32,000 nt of DNA from an uncultured bacterium (GTDB lineage Bacteria; Margulisbacteria; WOR-1; CAVSGV01): contig OY969425.1 in NCBI GenBank assembly GCA_963699255.1, positions 900,001-932,000 on the forward strand. Reading direction: 5' to 3'. The translations under genes were made by a program, and so were the position numbers. Below are positions 15,847-22,197 of this stretch, piece after piece (positions within the stretch are counted from its first letter, which is position 1; each line of letters opens with the position of its first letter). The notes below the pieces were generated by a model. It was given only the letters and a program-made list of their open reading frames with translations, was not told the origin of the DNA and did not search any database.

Positions 15847-15957
15847 ATGTATTCCTTGCAAAACTAGACTCCTGGATAATCGCTATATGTCGAATAATCA
15901 ACGGTAAGCTCTTCGCCTTTTTTAATATCTCTTTGACCTTACCCCATTCTTAGTGCC

Positions 15958-15986
15958 ATTATGAATTAGAGTAAACGATATTACAA
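15958..15986 (-). promoter_or_regulatory. candidate sigma70-type promoter of the two-gene cassette
   Basis: The minus strand reads TTGTAA (15986..15981), a 17-nt spacer, then CATAAT (15963..15958). This is ~110 nt upstream of the ATG at 15846. The -10 lies inside a ~36-nt sequence duplicated at 15116-15151. Confidence 0.3.
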
Positions 15987-16158
15987 TACTTGCCCCTATT
16001 GTGAATCTAATGTGGATTTTATTATATAAGCCGTGTTAAGGTGGCTCAACAAATGAGGGCTAGATCTTGTCACGTTGCTGGAACCGGACATTATCACGTG
16101 GCTACTACACCTTCCCCCCTTCATTGACACCTCTTTTTGCGTATGGGATAATAAAAAT

Positions 16159-17409
16159 ATGGAGAAAATGGAAAAAAGAAGAGTAGTAATTACAGGTCTG
16201 GGGGTTATCGCTCCAAACGGAGTTGGCATTAAGTCGTTTTATGAGGGGAATCTAAATGGCATTTCTTCTGCTTCAGCAATAACCAGTTTCGATGTCTCTA
16301 ATCATGCTGTCAAATTCGCTGCTCAGGTAAAAGATTTTATTCCCGATAAGTTTATTCCAAAACAACAAATTAGCCGAATGGATCGCTTTGCTCAATTCGG
16401 AGTAGCCGCGTCAAAAATGGCAATTGAAGATAGTGGTTTAAATCTTCCGCAAGAAAATTCTGAACGCATTGGAATTGTTATGGGCACTGGACTGGGAGGC
16501 ATTTTATTTCATGAAGAAGAAATAATGAGGATGCTAACAAGACATAAAATGGAGGCCCACCCATTTTCGGTGCCTAAGGTATCTCCAAATTCAATTTCAA
16601 GCTGGATAGCATTGACCTTTAAAATCACTGGGCCGAACATATCAATAACTACCGCTTGCTCTTCTTCCGCAAATGCAATTGGTCATGCTATGGATATGAT
16701 AAGATTAAATCGGGCAGACCTTATTATTGCTGGCGGCGCCGAAGCCCCCCTAACACCTTTTACTTTTGGTGCATTTTCTTCTATTGGTGTAATGTCTACA
16801 AGGAATAATGCTCCTGAACAAGCTAGCCGCCCATTTGATAAAAATCGGGATGGTTTTGTAATGGGAGAAGGTTCCGCTGTTATCATTTTGGAAGAATTAG
16901 ATCATGCGAAAAAACGAGGAGCAAAAATCTATGCGGAAATTGTCGGATACGGGCAAGCGACAGGAACATATCATATGGTTATTCCTCAACCGGACGCAAA
17001 AGATGTTATGCGAACCATGCAACTTGCTTTAGAAGATGCGAATTTATCCCCGGATAAAATCGATTACATAAATGCGCATGGGACATCCACACAGGCCAAT
17101 GATAAAATTGAAACAATGGCTATAAAACTCGTTTATGGTGAAAGAGCTTATAAAATACCTGTAAGCTCAACCAAGTCAATGATCGGCCATCTTATAGGAG
17201 CTTCGGGAGCAGTTGAATTAGTTGCTTCAATTTTATCATTAAATAATAATGTAATTTTCCCAACTATTAATTATGAAACCCCTGACCCTGAATGCGACCT
17301 TGATTATGTGCCGAATAAATCAAGAGCAGGTAAACTTAATGCGATAATGTCTAATTCATTTGGATTTGGCGGCAATAATGCCTCATTAATTATTAGGAAG
17401 TTTGCGTAA
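16159..17409 (+). CDS. beta-ketoacyl-ACP synthase, KAS I/II (FabF/FabB-like, Cys-His-His)
   Basis: The N-terminus RRVVITGLGVIAPNG is typical. The active-site Cys is in ITTACSSSANAIG and the two His are in INAHGTSTQAND and KSMIGHLIGASG. The C-terminus is SNSFGFGGNNASLII. The ORF opens at 16075, but homology starts at the ATG at 16159 (or 16168). Confidence 0.88.
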   Translation: MEKMEKRRVVITGLGVIAPNGVGIKSFYEGNLNGISSASAITSFDVSNHAVKFAAQVKDFIPDKFIPKQQISRMDRFAQFGVAASKMAIEDSGLNLPQENSERIGIVMGTGLGGILFHEEEIMRMLTRHKMEAHPFSVPKVSPNSISSWIALTFKITGPNISITTACSSSANAIGHAMDMIRLNRADLIIAGGAEAPLTPFTFGAFSSIGVMSTRNNAPEQASRPFDKNRDGFVMGEGSAVIILEELDHAKKRGAKIYAEIVGYGQATGTYHMVIPQPDAKDVMRTMQLALEDANLSPDKIDYINAHGTSTQANDKIETMAIKLVYGERAYKIPVSSTKSMIGHLIGASGAVELVASILSLNNNVIFPTINYETPDPECDLDYVPNKSRAGKLNAIMSNSFGFGGNNASLIIRKFA

Positions 17410-17427
17410 ATTAATAGGAGGTGCGAT

Positions 17428-17667
17428 ATGAGCAATACTGAAGAAATGGTAAAAGCCGCTCTCGCAGAAAGCCTCGGAATCGATGCCTCAAAAATCAGAA
17501 ATGATTCTACCTTGGTCAATGATCTGGGAATGGATTCCTTTGGGTTTGTTGAACTGGGGTTTGCGCTGGAAAGTAAATTGGGCATCAAGATCGACCAGGA
17601 TCAAATGCAAACCATAAAAAGTGTTTCAGATATAATTTCATTTATTAATAAGAAAGAAAGGGAGTGA
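17428..17667 (+). CDS. acyl carrier protein
   Basis: 79 aa. The phosphopantetheine-attachment motif is LGMDSFGFVEL. A strong SD, TAGGAGGTG, precedes the start. Confidence 0.85.
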   Translation: MSNTEEMVKAALAESLGIDASKIRNDSTLVNDLGMDSFGFVELGFALESKLGIKIDQDQMQTIKSVSDIISFINKKERE

Positions 17668-17672
17668 CTATA

Positions 17673-18089
17673 ATGGCTAAAGAATTTATTTTTGAAACAA
17701 AGGTGTTTTTAGGCGATACGAATATTTATGGCACTGCTTATTTTGCAAGATATTTCGAATGGCAAGGTATGGCGAGAGAATCTTTGTTTATTACATTGAT
17801 CCCTGATTATGCGAAGTTTAACAGTAAATATAGAATGATCACCATTGAGGCTTCTGTTAATTATAAATCCGAAGCGAATATCTTTGATGATATTTTAATA
17901 AGAATTGAAGTCGCGAATATCAAACTAACCACATATGAGTTACATTTTTCATATTTTAACAAGAAATCTAATAATTTGATTGCCGTCGGAAAACAAAAGA
18001 TTGGATTCACTGACCTTTCCGGGAAAGTTGTAACAATACCCGTGGATTTAATAAAAGCATGGATGGCATATTCACCCAAGAAAGAATAG
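17673..18089 (+). CDS. hotdog-fold acyl-CoA/acyl-ACP thioesterase (4HBT/YbgC-like)
   Basis: ~138 aa. The N-terminal signature VFLGDTNIYGTAYFARYFEWQGMARESLF carries the catalytic Asp and the helix of 4HBT-type thioesterases. The ORF opens at the GTG at 17664, overlapping the ACP stop. The ATG at 17673 has SD AAGGGAG at 8 nt. Confidence 0.75.
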   Translation: MAKEFIFETKVFLGDTNIYGTAYFARYFEWQGMARESLFITLIPDYAKFNSKYRMITIEASVNYKSEANIFDDILIRIEVANIKLTTYELHFSYFNKKSNNLIAVGKQKIGFTDLSGKVVTIPVDLIKAWMAYSPKKE

Positions 18090-18101
18090 TATATTTATAA
18101 T

Positions 18102-20231
18102 ATGAATATTTATTCGCTCCCTCCTCTAATAGTTGCAATATGCGCAATATTATTGGGACTATTGATACTGTCAAATAATAGAAAGTCTTCGGCAAACCTC
18201 TCTTTTTCCCTTCTTTGTTTAACCACTTTCGTTTGGCAGTTTTCTTGGTTTGTGTTGTTTAACATTGCCGATCGTGACATCGCATCTATCATTGTCAAAA
18301 TTGGATATTCCGGGATTATATTTATTCCAATTACGTTTTACCAGTTTTCAGAAAGATTTACAAATATAAAATTTGCTCGCTACATTTCATACGTATCTTA
18401 TCTGATAGGCCTTGTTTTTCTATATTTTTTGTGGGCAACAACACATTTTATTGATGGATATTATAAATACTTTTGGGGATACTATCCCAAAGCAGGCTTC
18501 TTGCACCCTCTTTACTTAGTGCTGTTGTTTACTTTGTGTTTCCTCTGTTGGGTTTTATTTATATTACAGCTTAATATTAAGCCGAACAATCCTATAAAAA
18601 ACACACAAGTTAGATATCTTATATGGGCATTAATAATTTATGTTCCCGCCGCAACTGATTTTATAGTGAATTATGGAATTGAATTTTATCCTTTTGGATA
18701 TATTTCTGTCATTTTATCCTTAGGTATCATAGCTTACGCAATAGTACGCCATCGCCTCATGGATATACAATTCATCATTAAAAAAGGTATTGTTTACTCC
18801 GCACTGGTTGCCGTTATTATAGGCCTATATTCCGCGCTTCTTCTAGTAATACAGCAAGTGTTCCAGTCAACGATTGGGGTCAATCAATGGCTTGCTACGG
18901 TCATTACGGCAATTTGCATCGCCGCCGGTTTCAGGCCCCTCGAAATTGTTTTCACGAACTTTACCGACAAAGTATTCTTTAAGGCCAAATACAACTACCA
19001 AAGGACACTTGCGGAGCTATCAAAGGGTATGGCGGAACTGACAAACCTGGACAGGCTGACAACGCTTGTCGCCAAAATAGTAGTCCGGAACATGAAACTC
19101 GAGGGATCCATGCTGTTCGTATATGATTATCGGAGCAATAATTTCAACATCGTATCAGCTCAGGGCAATATGAAGGGATTTAGAGGACTGTTGCTTCCCA
19201 AAGACGACCCGCTTATTAAGCGGCTTGATCAGACCGAAGATGTGATAATCAAGGAAGAATTTGTCCGTGAACTTGAGAACAAACAACTTATTAGCTCAGT
19301 CAGGAACGAGATCAAGGATATCATAAAACAGATGACGGATTTCAAAGCCGTTCTCTGCGTCCCCAGCAAGATAAAAGGCAAATTGATAGGTTTTATCATG
19401 CTCTCTGATAAAAAATCACAAGATGCGTATTCCACCGAAGATCTGATGCTATTCGCGACGCTTGCACCTCAGGCGGCCGTAGCCATTAAGAACGCCATGA
19501 CCTACGACGAGATAAGAAAGGAGCTTGAAAAAGAACATGGAAAAGTAGAGGCAATTGAAAAACAACTGGAAAGAAGCGAGCGATTGGCGTCTCTGGGAAC
19601 GCTTGTGGCAGGAGTCGCTCACGAGATAAGAAATCCCATGCAAGCTTTAAGGCTAAAAGCGGAAGGAATACTTGAAAAAGCGGATGATCCCGGCTATGTG
19701 AAAGAAGCGGGCGACTCTGTCATAAAAAATGCCGACAGAATCCTCACGATAACGAAGGAAATGCTGGAAATGTCAAAAATAAAGGAGCCCGAAAAGAAAC
19801 CCGTTAATTTAATCGAGATCATCGAAAATGTCCTTAAGCTCATGCCGGTTAAGGCTGATATCAAATTGATCAAAGACCTGAATCCCGTCCTTTCCGTGAA
19901 TGGAAACGCAGTCCAGCTTTCACAAGTTGTGATAAACCTCGCGCAGAACGCGATAAAAGCAATGCCGAACGGCGGAACTCTGACGATAAAAACCTTTCAG
20001 GAGGATAATTTTGCGGGTTTTGAAGTGGCCGACACGGGGATTGGTATTCCGAAAGAAAACCTCGAAAAGATATTTGATCCGTTCTTTACCACTTACGCAG
20101 AGAACACGGGACTTGGGCTTTCAATATCCAACAAGATAATAACCGACCATGGTGGAATGATGAAGGTGAAAAGCGAAGCCGGAAAAGGATCCGTGTTTTC
20201 TGTTATTCTTCCTTCCGCGCAGATTCTTTAA
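18102..20231 (+). CDS. sensor histidine kinase: multi-pass (about 7-8 TM) N-terminal sensor + GAF + HisKA + HATPase_c
   Basis: 709 aa. Residues 1-~290 are serial hydrophobic helices. The GAF-like region is ..LEGSMLFVYDYRSNNF...VLCVPSKIKGKLIGFIMLSDKK... The H-box is VAHEIRNPM, the N-box NLAQNAIKAM, G1 DTGIGIP and G2 GLGLSIS. It starts 12 nt after the thioesterase stop. Confidence 0.9.
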   Translation: MNIYSLPPLIVAICAILLGLLILSNNRKSSANLSFSLLCLTTFVWQFSWFVLFNIADRDIASIIVKIGYSGIIFIPITFYQFSERFTNIKFARYISYVSYLIGLVFLYFLWATTHFIDGYYKYFWGYYPKAGFLHPLYLVLLFTLCFLCWVLFILQLNIKPNNPIKNTQVRYLIWALIIYVPAATDFIVNYGIEFYPFGYISVILSLGIIAYAIVRHRLMDIQFIIKKGIVYSALVAVIIGLYSALLLVIQQVFQSTIGVNQWLATVITAICIAAGFRPLEIVFTNFTDKVFFKAKYNYQRTLAELSKGMAELTNLDRLTTLVAKIVVRNMKLEGSMLFVYDYRSNNFNIVSAQGNMKGFRGLLLPKDDPLIKRLDQTEDVIIKEEFVRELENKQLISSVRNEIKDIIKQMTDFKAVLCVPSKIKGKLIGFIMLSDKKSQDAYSTEDLMLFATLAPQAAVAIKNAMTYDEIRKELEKEHGKVEAIEKQLERSERLASLGTLVAGVAHEIRNPMQALRLKAEGILEKADDPGYVKEAGDSVIKNADRILTITKEMLEMSKIKEPEKKPVNLIEIIENVLKLMPVKADIKLIKDLNPVLSVNGNAVQLSQVVINLAQNAIKAMPNGGTLTIKTFQEDNFAGFEVADTGIGIPKENLEKIFDPFFTTYAENTGLGLSISNKIITDHGGMMKVKSEAGKGSVFSVILPSAQIL

Positions 20232-20724
20232 GCCGCCTTATTTCCTCTTTTGTTTTTTCTATCTCTTCGGCCATGCCTTTGGTGCTGAATGTCATTTTTG
20301 CCGATTGCCTTAATTCATCCTTTTCCCCACGGAAATATGAATCTATCGCTTCAATCAGCCCTTTTCTGTCGATTGGCTTCGTGATGAATGATACGACATC
20401 GTGAGCAAAAAAAGTGTCCGCCCAGTTATCATCATCATCAAAAGCGGTCACCATTATTACATCTATGCGGCCGTCTATTTCTTTTTTAAGCTTATCGAGG
20501 AATTCGATTCCGGACATCTCCGGCATCCTTATGTCGAGAAGAATAAGCTTGATCTTGTTCAAACCAATGCTGAAAAAAGTCTGATTCTTCTTTATAATGT
20601 CAAACGCGTCCTTAGCGGAATTTGCCACGATAACATCATATTTTCCTGTGTCAAGAATCGCCTCCGAAAAAGACTTGGTCACTTCCTGATCATCATCAAC
20701 AAGAAGAATTAACGGCTTTTTCAT
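20203..20724 (-). CDS. single-domain response regulator (receiver + short coiled-coil tail, no output domain)
   Basis: The start is the ATG at 20724 with SD GGGAGGGG. The receiver signature is present: LLVDDD, the phospho-acceptor in LILLDIRMPEMSG, then VTAF and ITKP. The C-terminal ~55 aa are K/E-rich helical. The 3' end overlaps the kinase 3' end by 29 nt. Confidence 0.85.
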   Translation of the reverse strand: MKKPLILLVDDDQEVTKSFSEAILDTGKYDVIVANSAKDAFDIIKKNQTFFSIGLNKIKLILLDIRMPEMSGIEFLDKLKKEIDGRIDVIMVTAFDDDDNWADTFFAHDVVSFITKPIDRKGLIEAIDSYFRGEKDELRQSAKMTFSTKGMAEEIEKTKEEIRRLKESARKEE

Positions 20725-20902
20725 GTTTATCCCCTCCCGCAGCAAATAATATACCACAATCCGGTCCCGAAGCAACAGCAATAATCGTTGGGCTTGCCAC
20801 TAATCATTGAAAAGTGAACATCCGATAGATGTTAATAAAATAGTCCTAATATAACTATGTATTAACACATTCTTCTTTTTTATATGATAAATTTATACTC
20901 TT

Positions 20903-21772
20903 TTATAGTGAATTTATCGCTGCTCTTAAATCCTCATCGGTCAAGTGTATATACTTCCTTGTAGTATCCATGCTCTTATGCCCTGCAAGCTGTTGAATAA
21001 CAGCGATATTCACGCCCTTATTAAGCAAAGCAGTACAAAACGAATGTCTAAGGGTATGAGGGCTTAACTTCTTTCCTTTAATCCTGGCCTTCTTCATGTA
21101 ATTTTTTACAAGATAAGCAATCGTCGACTTATCAATGGGCCGATCTCTCCTGCTGATGAAAAGCTCTATATATTTATTATTTCTGACAGCCAGGTAATCT
21201 TTTATTGCCTGAGCAGTTCTTTGGTTCAATGGCAGAATCTGTTCTTTCCCGCCTTTTCTATTTACCTTGATGGTTTTTGCTTCGAGGTCAATATCAGAGG
21301 TTTTTAAGCTTGTTAACTCGTTTAACCTTAATCCCGAAGTCAAAAATAGTCTGATAACGGCAAGGTCTCTTGGTTTATAAAATTCAGTAGCTCCTGTTTC
21401 CACAGCTTTTAACAGGACATTGATCTCATCTTCTGTCAGGAAAGAAGGTTCTTTCTTGTCTAACTTCGGCGATTCAACTCCCTCAGCCGGATTATGCTCG
21501 ATATATCCTTCCTTCACCAAATACTTAAAGAACGAGTTTATACTGGAAAGCTTCCTTGCTCTGGTGGATTTATCGTTTGGCCTGTTAAACCCCTTCTTTG
21601 CCAGAAAGGTCATATATAAAATAACCTCTTTGTGCGATATGTTTTTCAAAGACTTATTGGAAATTCGAGAGACGAATTTCTTTATATCATACTCGTAAGC
21701 CTGCACAGTGCCTTGGCTATATCCCTTCTCAATACTCAGGTAGTCAAGATATTTCCTGATAATATCTTCCAT
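20903..21772 (-). CDS. tyrosine recombinase, XerC/XerD-like integrase
   Basis: 289 aa. The N-terminal SAM-like core-binding region is YLDYLSIEKGYSQGTVQAY. The catalytic residues are in TSGLRLNEL (Arg), HTLRHSFCT (His-x-x-Arg) and LAGHKSMDTTRKYIHL (Tyr). Confidence 0.88.
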   Translation of the reverse strand: MEDIIRKYLDYLSIEKGYSQGTVQAYEYDIKKFVSRISNKSLKNISHKEVILYMTFLAKKGFNRPNDKSTRARKLSSINSFFKYLVKEGYIEHNPAEGVESPKLDKKEPSFLTEDEINVLLKAVETGATEFYKPRDLAVIRLFLTSGLRLNELTSLKTSDIDLEAKTIKVNRKGGKEQILPLNQRTAQAIKDYLAVRNNKYIELFISRRDRPIDKSTIAYLVKNYMKKARIKGKKLSPHTLRHSFCTALLNKGVNIAVIQQLAGHKSMDTTRKYIHLTDEDLRAAINSL

Positions 21773-21956
21773 TTGTTTTCACCTTACCTCTAAACCATTT
21801 TTCAAGATCGGCTTTCTTGATACGCCAGTTTTTGCCTATCTTTGCCGCAGGGACGACACCGTCCTTACACCATCTTGATACTGTCATCCAATGCACCCTC
21901 AGATATTTTGCAGCTTCGCCAGATGTCATAAGTGTCTCTTTGTCATCAAATTCCAT
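21744..21956 (-). CDS. excisionase-family helix-turn-helix DNA-binding protein
   Basis: MTSGEAAKYLRVHWMTVSRWCKDGVVPAAKIGKNWRIKKADLEKWF is a classic excisionase/MerR-type HTH. The ATG at 21956 has SD GGGAGGTG; the ORF opens at the TTG at 21962. It overlaps the integrase start by 29 nt. Confidence 0.75.
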   Translation of the reverse strand: MEFDDKETLMTSGEAAKYLRVHWMTVSRWCKDGVVPAAKIGKNWRIKKADLEKWFRGKVKTNGRYYQEIS

Positions 21957-22197
21957 GATCAAAACACCTCCCTTTTTATAGCATTTCTAGTATAAATAAT
22001 AATATAGGCTGCCAAATGGACATATACCTTTTTAATGAATGGATAAAGTTGATAATGGTTGATATGGTGGTTTATTCTGTTAAATTATATTTTAATGGAA
22101 TAAAAGGTGAGCTTGATACGAAGTCTATCGTGAGCGCTCTTTACAGGGAAAAAGCGATAAAATGTTCTACTGGAAAGGCTGGGAGCAATGAATTATT

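Noticed and set aside
15936-15952. A third possible copy of the tRNA 3' end (gaCCTTACCCCattcttag), which would make the two-gene cassette a second att-bounded unit.
   Set aside because: Only CCTTACCCC is shared with the candidate attR, and the CGCTATT part of the tRNA end is missing. The match is too short to separate from chance. It is also part of the local X duplication.
16075-16158. An N-terminal 28-aa extension of the ketosynthase ORF (MLEPDIITWLLHLPPFIDTSFCVWDNKN).
   Set aside because: Ketosynthase homology begins at RRVVITGLG, right after the ATG at 16159/16168. The extension has no SD and would start inside the upstream promoter region.
20831-20883. An AT-rich imperfect hairpin (gttaataaaatag / ctatgtattaac) followed by a T-run, considered as an intrinsic terminator.
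   Set aside because: The stem is almost purely A:T with mismatches. No plus-strand gene ends nearby, and on the minus strand (after int2) the T-tract is poor. It is mentioned only as a possible recombination-site feature.
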